DNA of 63,720 nucleotides, counting the filler, from Octopus bimaculoides (lineage: Eukaryota): NCBI RefSeq assembly GCF_001194135.2. It is 6 parts of 5 records of this genome, joined end to end, with 100 filler letters (N's around TTAATTAATTAA, not from the genome) between each part and the next. Parts side by side here need not be neighbours in the genome. Positions count along the whole stretch, not along the records: positions 46,927 to 56,356 come from NC_068995.1; positions 56,457 to 61,130 come from NC_068982.1; positions 61,231 to 63,720 come from NC_068986.1; 3 more parts are not named here. One strand, 5' to 3'. Both the position numbers and the translations under genes were made by a program. Below, one piece after another: positions 52,526 through 63,686 of the stretch. Each line of letters opens with the position of its first letter. The first letter of the stretch is position 1. The notes under the pieces are model-generated. The model had not been told where the DNA came from and searched no databases. It was given only the letters and a program-made list of their open reading frames with translations.

Positions 52526-53728
52526 ATGAAACTCATGAAATATTTGGTTTTTAGCTTGAGTTCAATGATATTGATAGTAAATTCCAACCCAACGCATGAG
52601 GATGAAGAACGATTGAAAAAAACCTTGCTTTTGAATTATAGAAAAGATATAAGACCTGTTACTAATTTGCTTACATCTGTCGACATAAATGCTTCTTTGA
52701 TTCTTCACACACTGTATGACTTGGATTTCGTAAATAACTTACTGAAGGCTCGTTATGTGATTATGCCACGGTGGACTGATGAATATCTGACCTGGAATCC
52801 ATTGGAATATAACAACATTACACACATATATATACCAAGAGATCTAATTTGGACGCCATCTCTGTTAATGTGCAATTCAGTGAATGAGCAAGATGATAGC
52901 AATATCAATCGCGAAGTATACGTTCACTATAATGGAACAGTGGAGCTGTGGTCTCTTAAGTACATAGAAACCTATTGCCAAGTGAACGCTTATACGTATC
53001 CATTTGATGACCAGAAATGTAAAATACAAATGTGTGTTGGTTTACATTCTCCTGACGAAACACGATTAAAAACAATCTGTTACTGGAATATGAAATTTAC
53101 AGAAAGCTACAAGTGGGATATTCATTTCTCTGGTAAGGCAAATGGCATAAACAGTCAAAGCTCTCATGCATCAGTGGTAATGCAGTTACGACGTAAACTC
53201 ACCGTAGGAATCATAGCTAAGTTGATTCCGACAGTAATGATGACTATTTTAACTGTTTTTGTTTTTCTTCTGCCTCCTGAGTCAGGGGAGAAAGTTTCTC
53301 TAGCAATGACAATATTTTTAACAAACATCGTATATCTTGTTCAACTCGATAAGAATACACCAAAAAATTCGAAATATCCTCCACTTCTCATGTTATATTT
53401 AATGTTATTGTCAATGTTAAGTGGCATCGTCACACTTGGATCTGTGGTTATAAGTAAATTATATGTTAATCAGCAATCTCAAAAAAAAGAATCGAGCCCA
53501 ACAGACGGAAAGAAAAACAAATCTCAAACTAATGATGTTAGAGATATTTCAACAATTTCAACGGCACAGTCCGAAACTGTCATTAAAGATGAACTCCAAG
53601 GTCAGGAAAAGAGAAACTATATTTCCAACCACGTACGACTGGATGCTATATTTTTAAAAACTGGAATTGTAATATCGCTTATAATGTCAATTGTGTTTGC
53701 AATTTTGGTATTTCAGCCACTGGAATAA
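52526..53728 (+). CDS. Intronless nAChR-like Cys-loop cation channel subunit, probable cephalopod chemotactile receptor (CR/CRT-like paralogue), 400 aa
   Basis: Uninterrupted ATG..TAA ORF with a hydrophobic signal peptide (about aa 1-20) and the motifs RP-V, W-x-D-x-x-L-x-W and IWTP. Cys-loop C151-QVNAYTYPFDDQK-C165 has 13-aa spacing with YPFD. Also pre-M1 RRK, M1, PPESGEKVSL (-1' Glu, cation-type), M2 with 9' Leu, M3, a short loop and M4. It lacks the loop C vicinal Cys, loop A Tyr and loop B Trp. TM sequence closely resembles octopus CRT1 as I recall it (unverified). Confidence 0.93.
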   Translation: MKLMKYLVFSLSSMILIVNSNPTHEDEERLKKTLLLNYRKDIRPVTNLLTSVDINASLILHTLYDLDFVNNLLKARYVIMPRWTDEYLTWNPLEYNNITHIYIPRDLIWTPSLLMCNSVNEQDDSNINREVYVHYNGTVELWSLKYIETYCQVNAYTYPFDDQKCKIQMCVGLHSPDETRLKTICYWNMKFTESYKWDIHFSGKANGINSQSSHASVVMQLRRKLTVGIIAKLIPTVMMTILTVFVFLLPPESGEKVSLAMTIFLTNIVYLVQLDKNTPKNSKYPPLLMLYLMLLSMLSGIVTLGSVVISKLYVNQQSQKKESSPTDGKKNKSQTNDVRDISTISTAQSETVIKDELQGQEKRNYISNHVRLDAIFLKTGIVISLIMSIVFAILVFQPLE

Positions 53729-53984
53729 TAAGTTCAGCGTAATTTATTTCTCGCTATTTCTTTGCAAAATATATTCATTCTATTTTTTGAAAATCAATTT
53801 ATATTTCCTTAGACATTCTACGTTTACTAAGACGGCGTGCTCGAAACGTTTTAAATCTTTCTCTGTACTTCTAAAATCTACAAGTCTATCGATATCCTCT
53901 TTCATTGCTAGTAGTGAAGAGAATTATTGTTTTTATAAAACAGCTTCAGATTTGAATTATAAATATGCCAGCGTACAAATCTCT

Positions 53985-53990
53985 ATTAAA
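53985..53990 (+). promoter_or_regulatory. Possible polyadenylation signal (ATTAAA) of the receptor gene
   Basis: Variant hexamer about 260 nt after the stop, followed by GT/T-rich sequence; AT-rich context makes chance occurrence likely. Confidence 0.25.
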
Positions 53991-55039
53991 GTGTCATAAT
54001 TGTAGTTTTGTACAACAATTCCTTAAAGCATGAAAATGACAATTCTAATCAATGATATTTATGAGTCACCTAATGAAGATAATGAGTCCATTACAAGAAA
54101 TTAAAGTGTATGGGACAGAAAGAAGATATACAAAGATTTAATGAACTCATGTTCTGTATATAAAATTGAAAATGTGAGTATAGATGAGATTTTTACGAAT
54201 TTTACGTGTTGTTTTGAGATTTCGTCTTATATCATTTTATATATTTTCTTTCTTTTATATATACGGAACAAAGCATAATATATATGAAACATCTGTATAT
54301 ATTTCTATGAATTATTCCGTTTTGATGAATTTTTATGAGTAAGCGTAGACATAATTTCCATAACTCGTGTATATATACATACAAATGTATGATATGAAAC
54401 AATGTGATTGCCTTATTTTAATATAGCTATGAATATATATATAAACTTCAATGACCTAGTGATTTTTGGAGTAGCACTTACAATACTAAAATTAATGTTA
54501 CATACTGATTTTATGCACGTATGAATAAGTAGATGCATGTATGTGTGCATGTATGCATGCATGTATATATCCATTCTTGAATGAATGTATATAAGTTAAA
54601 ATGTTATCGGAATTTCTTTTAAGTAACAGTTTCACATGATAATTTATAATTACAACGGAACTAATTTATCTCATTACAGAGAAGAGAATTTAATCTAGCG
54701 CAACACATGCACTCCGATATACGGAGAATGCAGTTTGGGTCAAATGCTTCTTTTGAAAACATATTGAACGTTTTAAAACTTTATTCATATACTGTCTTCT
54801 ACGTATGAGTATATATGCAGATATGAATGAATATATATATATATATATGAGTATATATTGGTACCTATGTTCCAATATACATTCATACATATATGCATAT
54901 ATCAAATGATGAGAAACAGAAAATGGAATTCACGATACTCTTTCTTCAGAAGCCCTATGTTATTTCCGACTCATCATGCAGATAAATTGCTGTCCCATTG
55001 TTTGTCATGCATTATAAGGACATAAACATATTCCAGAAC

Positions 55040-55460
55040 TAAATCCAGTGACATATACCTCTACACAATAATTGACATCAGGTTGCTGAAGAGTGCGAAC
55101 AACGTGCTGGCCTTGGTTTTTCTCAAGCCATATTGGATGGAATACTTTGTCGTTTAATTTCGAAGGGAAATCCTCCATGAACCCCCAATATGCTGAGATT
55201 TGTGAAGATCGAAAGATATCCGTAGAAAACGTTTCCTTTATCGTCTGTCATCTGGTGTGTTTCCTGGTCTAGGTAGTGCTGGTGAGTTTCCTGGTCAAGG
55301 TTAGTTGGGCAATATTAGTACTGGAAATTTGTGCATTCCGTGCTTAATGAATACGCACTGAACTACCACAAATCCAGCAATTCACTGACGGGCTTAGATT
55401 TTTAGATGTGTACATAATTTTACAAGGGATTGTTTTAATTGCTACAAAATTCAATGGGTT
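55040..55460 (-). mobile_element. Possible highly decayed Helitron/PIF1-type helicase C-terminal remnant
   Basis: Across minus-strand frames: IMYTSKNLSPSVNCWICGS, KGNVF, FPFEIKRQ (55147-55170), KNQGQ (QGQ 55107-55115) and YV, in the order of Helitron motifs IMLLRNL..LCNG / PFxFKRxQFP / NKSQGQ / QLYVA. Confidence 0.35.
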
Positions 55461-55946
55461 TCATAGTTTTCCCATGAAAATGCATCATCATTCGCTCTTT
55501 TCCCAAGCCCAAATTCTAGTTTGCTGTCAGTATTAAGTTGTTTAGCAATGTAAAGGATTGCCTGCAGCCGTTGATTAAGTTTCAAATGGTTGATGGTATC
55601 TCTACACACATCATATTTACATGTTGCATTGAGAATTTTACTGGATGGAAACAGTTCTAAACAGGATAATACATGTGAAGATTTGACGATTCCACAATAA
55701 ATATTAACTTTTATCTGTGTTGTGAAATAACACGATTTTCCTAGTTTCATGAAATATATGATGAAGACAATCAATGGCCATCTTGTCAATTATTCAGGCC
55801 TTTTATAATTGTATATTTTTCCTCATGTAACAATCAAGGATCGTTTTGTTAACTGAGTTAATCCCAGTATTAATAAAATCCCAATTCAAAGCCTTTTGTT
55901 CACCAGAGAAAATGTTGCTTCTAATGAAGAAAGTGTTTGTGCGTTG

Positions 55947-56022
<76 letters not shown>

Positions 56023-56456
56023 GTTGTTGTTGTTGTTGTTGTTGTTGTTATAATTATTATTATTATCATTATTAATGTTAAAAGTATCTCGAATGTATAA
56101 ACTGGATAATGTATTTTCATTAATAGAAGAAATAATCTGAGACATCGAAAAAGCAACCTTGATGAATCACGGATTATAATTATAATATTTACTACTTATT
56201 TAATTGAACACCAATTGCCCATTTCCAATTTTACACACGCACACTCACACTCACAAACACACACACACGCACACACACACGCGCGCGCGCGCACACACAC
56301 ACACATACACACTCACACACACATATATATATTTATATTTTCATTTTATCCAGTTTNNNNNNNNNNNNNNNNNNNNNNNNNNNNNNNNNNNNNNNNNNNN
56401 TTAATTAATTAANNNNNNNNNNNNNNNNNNNNNNNNNNNNNNNNNNNNNNNNNNNN

Positions 56457-56780
56457 GTGTTCCTCGTCGACGCCCAGATTCTGCCCGAGATCGTCGTCGC
56501 ACCTCCCCTCCACTAATCCTCTATAGAACGCTTTTGTGGAATCAAAGTTGCACAAGATTGGTCCCGGACGGCAGAGTTGCTTGAGAGCAACGCGACACTC
56601 GCGGTGCCATTCGCCGAGCCTAGGTCTCTGTTTAATCCACGACTGCAGTTCGGCTAAGGAGACGAGCTGCGGGAAAGCGCACCGCGCAAACGACGACCAC
56701 ACCTGTTCACCGTCGTCTAGGAAGCGCTGGAGATGTCGCAGTCTCAGCACCCAGCCCTCCATTTAGTGGCTGTTGACAAG
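56457..56780 (-). mobile_element. 5'-truncated Tx1-clade LINE ORF2 fragment abutting (ATCT)n
   Basis: CQQPLNGGLG, then after a frameshift LRLRHLQRFLDDGEQVWSSFARCAFPQLV..FYRGLVEG; post-RT region of Tx1; GC-rich versus surroundings; ends at a gap. Confidence 0.75.
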
Positions 56781-56836
56781 ATAGATAGACAGATAGATAG
56801 ACAGATAGATAGACAGATAGACAGATAGATAGGTAA

Positions 56837-56876
<40 letters not shown>

Positions 56877-57009
56877 TACAAAATATCAAGAGTTAAAAGT
56901 TAAGATGTTTAGAGGTTTTCGAGAGCTAGATTAGCTCAGTAGATAGATGGATAGATAGGTAGATCGATGGATGGATGGATAGATAGGTAGAAATATAGAG
57001 GGGACCTAC

Positions 57010-57739
57010 GGATCTTTGGGGTTTGACGGGCAACATTTTTTTTGTAGTGTTTTTGGTACCGAAACACTTTCAAACTTCGAATATTTGTATATTTTGTGGT
57101 ATAGAACAGATAGAAGATTTTGTATTCGAAGTTATTTTATGTAAAAAATTGTCGTATTTCGGTAATTTCAACCAATCACTGACGTCTATTGAGGTGAAAA
57201 CAATTAATGCCGTAATGATGTCATGGGATCTTTTCCCTTGAATAAAATTAGTCCCGTTGTTTGTCAACAACAACTACCCGTGTTACTCTTGGTTTTAGCT
57301 TTAGGGTTTTAGGGTTAGGGTTCAGGTTTTAGAGTTAGGGTTAGTTTTAGGATTACGGTTAGGGTTATGATTATTTTTGCCATAACCTTAACTCTAACCC
57401 TATAACTCATAACCATAACCCTAACCCTAACCCTAACCCTAAAACCCGAACCCTAACTCTAAAACCCTAAACCCTTACTAGTGAATAATGATATAATTAA
57501 ACAGGGAATAATACACTTGACACCGAACAGCAGTAACTGTATTCAGCTGAATAGACGTCAGTGATTGGTTGAAATTACAGAAATACGACAACTTTAACAT
57601 GAAATAACTTGCGATGTACAATTTTTTGTTAAGAAGGTTAAGAGAAGAAGTTGTTTTATATGACACATTCTACCAGTGTCCCAAGATTGAAAGTGTTTCG
57701 TTAAGAAAACAAATGTTGCCCGTCAAACCCCAAAGATCC
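57010..57739. mobile_element. Non-autonomous Mutator/Foldback-like element, 730 bp, with long TIRs and an inverted telomeric-repeat core
   Basis: TIR GGATCTTTGGGGTTTGACGGGCAACATTT is perfect at both ends and imperfect for about 200 bp; exact 9-bp TSD GGGACCTAC at 57001-57009 and 57740-57748. Confidence 0.88.
57292..57477. repeat. Head-to-head degenerate (TTAGGG)n / (CCCTAA)n interstitial telomere-like repeats
   Basis: ttagggttttagggttagggtt.. at about 57292-57368, then ..aaccctaaccctaaccctaaccctaa.. at about 57389-57477. Confidence 0.85.
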
Positions 57740-58279
57740 GGGACCTACTGTTGGCATGTGGCTTGTGTGTGATCTTATTGCTAGTTCTAGGTTTAGTAGG
57801 CTAAGTGAGCGCTTTCCGATCTCTAATCCTTCATCAGACTTTATACATTACACGGTCGTTACTTCTCATATAGTCGGGAAGCAAACTCCTTACCACACAG
57901 CCACGCCTATACATAGGTATATATGGTGTCTCCCTATTAATAATTCAATTTATCTGCTGCTTCTTTCTGTGTCTCCCTATCTATGTAAATTACACGTATC
58001 CGTATGTATGTATGTATGTATGTATGTATATGTGGGTGTATGTGTGTATGTGCGTGAGTGAGCGTGTGTGAGCGTGTGTGCACACACATATACACACATA
58101 AGTCCCCCTTCACAAACCCATATACACACACACTAAGACACACATAAACACATACATTCACCCTCCTCATTCATATATATACTTTTGTAAGTCTAAAGCT
58201 CTGAGTATTTGCAGAAATACTAATAGGCGCTCAGATATATAATAACATACAGATAAATACGTAGTTTTTTTTATATGGA

Positions 58280-58316
58280 TAGACAGATAGATGGAGAGAT
58301 AGATAGATAGATAGAT

Positions 58317-58405
<89 letters not shown>

Positions 58406-58697
58406 GATAGAGATAGAGAGATAGATAGATGGATAGATGGTTAGATCGATCGATAGATAGATAGAGACAGACAGACAGAGGGAGAGTGAGATATAGAGAT
58501 GTGTAGAGATATAGAGAAATAGATAGATGAATACTTAGATAGATTGATCGATAAATATATGAGTAATAGATAGATAGATCTATTTTTTTACAGGTAGAAT
58601 GATAGATATGTAGATGGATAGATAAAACAACAAATCGATAGATAGAAAGGTGGGTATAGAGACAGAGAAATGGATACACAGAGAAATAGATTGATGG

Positions 58698-58728
<31 letters not shown>

Positions 58729-58820
58729 GGTAGATAGATAGATAAGTCGATGGATGAATGGATAATAGATAGATAGACTGGTAGATAGCTCGATAAAAAG
58801 ACGGATAGATAGACAACATA
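58280..58820. repeat. (AGAT)/(AG)-rich low-complexity tract
   Basis: Directly visible. Confidence 0.9.
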
Positions 58821-59637
58821 TACCTTAATATATATAGAAATAAAAAAAAATATTTATAATATTTGCTTGTGACAGAAAGACTGATATATATATATATATA
58901 TATATANNNNNNNNNNNNNNNNNNNNNNNNNNNNNNNNNNNNNNNNNNNNNNNNNNNNNNNNNNNNNNNNNNNNNNNNNNNNNNNNNNNNNNNNNNNNNN
59001 NNNNNNNNNNNNNNNNNNNNNNNNNNNNNNNNNNNNNNNNNNNNNNNNNNNNNNNNNNNNNNNNNNNNNNNNNNNNNNNNNNNNNNNNNNNNNNNNNNNN
59101 NNNNNNATAGCGACATACTGACTAACACACACAGGCACATAGTCTCACTCTTTCTCACACAATGATAGACTTTCACAAGCGTACGCATGGCGCGCATTTA
59201 TATTAAGCAAAAAAGATGCTTATGGATAGATATTGCTAGAAAGATTGAGAAATGGAAAGACATTCAACGAGATAGAAATACGAAAAGATAATTAGTCAAT
59301 GCTGTAACGCTTAAGTATTTGGTCGTGTGTGTATGCGCGCGCGCGTGTGTGTGTGTGTGTGTGTGTGGTTATCTGATACAGCGGTGTTTGTTGTGTATAC
59401 AAGAGACAGACATTTACTTAAAAGCAAACGTTAAGAAAGATACGCAAAAAAAATGACAAAAACAAAATGGTTTCGGTGAAGAAAAGTATGAAACACTATA
59501 CCAGCAACAATTTCCATTAGAGCGAGAAAACATGATTTCTCTCACGGAAGTTACTGTTTTCTGTAGTTGACAACATGACACTTAAAATACGAAATATTTC
59601 ACTTCTGCAGGTGTTATATGTTTGTTTGTGTGTAGGT

Positions 59638-59712
<75 letters not shown>

Positions 59713-60885
59713 NNNNNNNNNNNNNNNNNNNNNNNNNNNNNNNNNNNNNNNNNNNNNNNNNNNNNNNNNNNNNNNNNNNNNNNNNNNNNNNNNNNNNNNN
59801 NNNNNNNNNNNNNNNNNNNNNNNNNNNNNNNNNNNNNNNNNNNNNNNNNNNNNNNNNNNNNNNNNNNNNNNNNNNNNNNNNNNNNNNNNNNNNNNNNNNN
59901 NNNNNNNNNNNNNNNNNNNNNNNNNNNNNNNNNNNNNNNNNNNNNNNNNNNNNNNNNNNNNNNNNNNNNNNNNNNNNNNNNNNNNNNNNNNNNNNNNNNN
60001 NNNNNNNNNNNNNNNNNNNNNNNNNNNNNNNNNNNNNNNNNNNNNNNNNNNNNNNNNNNNNNNNNNNNNNNNNNNNNNNNNNNNNNNNNNNNNNNNNNNN
60101 NNNNNNNNNNNNNNNNNNNNNNNNNNNNNNNNNNNNNNNNNNNNNNNNNNNNNNNNNNNNNNNNNNNNNNNNNNNNNNNNNNNNNNNNNNNNNNNNNNNN
60201 NNNNNNNNNNNNNNNNNNNNNNNNNNNNNNNNNNNNNNNNNNNNNNNNNNNNNNNNNNNNNNNNNNNNNNNNNNNNNNNNNNNNNNNNNNNNNNNNNNNN
60301 NNNNNNNNNNNNNNNNNNNNNNNNNNNNNNNNNNNNNNNNNNNNNNNNNNNNNNNNNNNNNNNNNNNNNNNNNNNNNNNNNNNNNNNNNNNNNNNNNNNN
60401 NNNNNNNNNNNNNNNNNNNNNNNNNNNNNNNNNNNNNNNNNNNNNNNNNNNNNNNNNNNNNNNNNNNNNNNNNNNNNNNNNNNNNNNNNNNNNNNNNNNN
60501 NNNNNNNNNNNNNNNNNNNNNNNNNNNNNNNNNNNNNNNNNNNNNNNNNNNNNNNNNNNNNNNNNNNNNNNNNNNNNNNNNNNNNNNNNNNNNNNNNNNN
60601 NNNNNNNNNNNNNNNNNNNNNNNNNNNNNNNNNNNNNNNNNNNNNNNNNNACATGCATACACGCATACATACATACACATATACAAGCATACATACACAT
60701 ATACAAGCATACATACATACACATACACATGCATACATAATACATACATGCACATATACATACATGCACATACATACATACACAATACATACATACACAT
60801 ATACATACATACATGCATACATGCATACATACATACATACATAATATACATGCATACATACACATATACATACATACATACACAT

Positions 60886-60916
<31 letters not shown>

Positions 60917-61076
60917 CATACATACATACATACACACATACATACACACATACATACACACATACATATGATGGACTCTCCCGTCGAAGATGACGCATGC
61001 GTGTTCACCGATTTTGCCGAACAACCTGCACAAATGATTCGTTTATAGTGCTCAAATGTTCATGCCGTACATTAGC

Positions 61077-61130
<54 letters not shown>

Positions 61131-61335
61131 NNNNNNNNNNNNNNNNNNNNNNNNNNNNNNNNNNNNNNNNNNNNTTAATTAATTAANNNNNNNNNNNNNN
61201 NNNNNNNNNNNNNNNNNNNNNNNNNNNNNNTATATATATATATATATATGTATATATATCGGTAAAATATGAAGCTTATAGGTTAAAATGGTGAGCAAAG
61301 GCAATTATTTAGGCAATGCAGGTCAACAATATTTA

Positions 61336-61486
61336 ATTATTTACATTATTTATATTTGACGGATATTTGTTGTCATCTTGTTTGCTGTTAACACATCGTG
61401 TCGGCTGACATACCCTCCAGCCTTCATCAGGTGACCTGAACAACAACAACAACACCAACAATAATAATAATAATAATAATAATATC
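61336..61486. mobile_element. SINE family D: inverted tail with hammerhead motif (61336-61433) joined to forward mid-section gtgacctgaa(CAA/AAT)n
   Basis: Minus strand reads CAC-CTGATGA-A-GGCTGG-agggtatg-TCAGCC-GACACGAT-GTGTT..; the forward part matches 28625-28667. Confidence 0.75.
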
Positions 61487-63686
61487 CAAAGATATGCAGA
61501 AGAGTTACGGTTCATTTCTGTTCATTATCACTGATGATTTTGGGTATGAGACGCCTTTCTGCCAAACACGTGCCAAAACTGCTTTCATATGACCAAAAAG
61601 TTGAACAAGTACTCCTTCATTGTATCGAGAGCAATGAAAACATTTTGAAAACTTCGCATGGGACTCTGAGCAGATGACGCCAAACTTTTACGAAAATTTG
61701 ATGCAGATTCTTAGCTCAAATTTCTGTCATGGTCAATGCTAACACACGCTACACACTTTCCTCCCAAGAACTCCTGTAAATAGCAAAAGTGATCTAGAAC
61801 AAACGCAGAAGTGATCCCAGTCAATATGTGCCAAGCGGCTTAACTCTGCGTGCTTTAACTTCGTTACTATGGCAGCTGGCAGCATGGCAGCATGGCAGCA
61901 TTCCGTATTGATCATAACACGTATATACACTCATTATATATATCATAAATATGTATCTATCTCTCTATCTACCAATCTATCTGTATATATATATAAACAT
62001 ACATATATANNNNNNNNNNNNNNNNNNNNNNNNNNNNNNNNNNNNNNNNNNNNNNNNNNNNNNNNNNNNNNNNNNNNNNNNNNNNNNNNNNNNNNNNNNN
62101 NNNNNNNNNNNNNNNNNNNNNNNNNNNNNNNNNNNNNNNNNNNNNNNNNNNNNNNNNNNNNNNNNNNNNNNNNNNNNNNNNNNNNNNNNNNNNNNNNNNN
62201 NNNNNNNNNNNNNNNNNNNNNNNATATATATATATATATACATAAATACATGTTTCCCCAATTCGCATATGTTTCAGACATATTAGAAACTTAGTGTAAT
62301 TCTGAAATTTCTAGCGAGGAAATCTCTCCCTGTACCCAAATACGTTTATGGGCAATGAGTGAGTGCCAAGTACTCTGTACACAGATTTATGGGTGCATGT
62401 ATTTCGGAATAGCCGTCTCCTCCTTGACAGGGGAAACAGAGGTGCCACCAATTGACAACGAGTGACTAAATGTCTCTTCGTATCACCCAAAGAAGTTACT
62501 GCGGCTTGGCTTTAGTAAAATTCTGACTTGTAGCGCTCAGAAATTTTGGGTACAGATTGTACATTTTACAAGTTCAAATATAGATGAGATATATTTGAAG
62601 CCGTTAGAAAACTAGAAAACCACTCATAGTAATTTGCCATGAAGAACAATTGTCACAGTAGACACATATGTGTAAACACTATAATACTTTCCACCTCAGC
62701 CTCTTATAGACATGAATATATTCTTAAGAATATATGTTTTTAAAACATTGAAGAATAAAAGAATTTTGAAGCACTATAAACAATTCATATATTAATTACA
62801 TAATACAAAATCAATCCCAATAGAACACTAAAGCGAAGAGTTGAGATGTACGAAACACATGTCACGAAAAAGCTGTTCTCTATTTCCTTAAAAATGATAC
62901 ATACAACAGCCTAAATACACACACACACATATTTACAAATATAAATGACAGATAAAATGCTATAATGTGGGTTGTGTATTTATTTTGAACTATCTGCGTA
63001 CATAACCATACAACATTGCTTTTAATGTTAAATGAATTTTTGTCAGAAAACTAATTATAACCAAGCCTGGCAACATGTACTTTACCATTCTACCGATATT
63101 TTCCTTTCAAAATATACAATAATTTTATTGGATTAATCACTATGTCCTTCCAATATGTATATTCCCATATACATGCGTTTTAAGTTGATTTCTTTGCCAT
63201 TAGTTGAAGAGCGATCACATATCAGCGTCTACAATATTGACTAGATTGATAAACAAATAACTATATTTTTAAATGGCTAGTCTCTTAATATGAAGTTCTT
63301 CGCTTGATTTGAGGGAAAATGTTTATTAATAAGCTCAATTTGCTCAAGGAATAAAGTTCATAAGGTATTTAATTCTTAGCGATCAAATTCAATCAAATAA
63401 ATCTTAACAATTTTACTATAGGCAGCATACGCTAGTATGAAATAAAGAACAACAATTTTGATTGGTTATACGTTTTTGTTGATCAACTCGTATGTCATCA
63501 AACCTCATGACAGTGGGTTTCCCCAAAATTTACAGCTTAGGCTATTGGGGACTACTTTAGTTGATATAGCCTTGCGATTTGAAAACTAAAGGTAGAAATT
63601 CAAAACGATCTATGATTTTGCCAACACACACACGCACATCTATCATTATACCTATCTGTCTGTTTCTCTGCCTGTCTATCTATCTA

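Noticed and set aside
53822-53856. CTAAGA..GAAACGTT hammerhead-like remnant in the receptor 3' region
   Set aside because: The core lacks a conserved G and stem II has only two pairs; at best a dead relic.
55451-55789. Minus ORF resembling a neuropeptide precursor (hydrophobic start, FGL-GKR)
   Set aside because: It starts at TTG right after a stop; the first ATG removes the signal-like segment; a single GKR is plausible by chance. Kept only as an alternative in a finding.
57292-57477. Chromosome end-to-end fusion scar
   Set aside because: The repeats are enclosed by TIRs and a 9-bp TSD, so transposition explains them.
62330-62520. Faint LINE RT-like words (LSIGGTSVSPVKE)
   Set aside because: Too short and weak to support.
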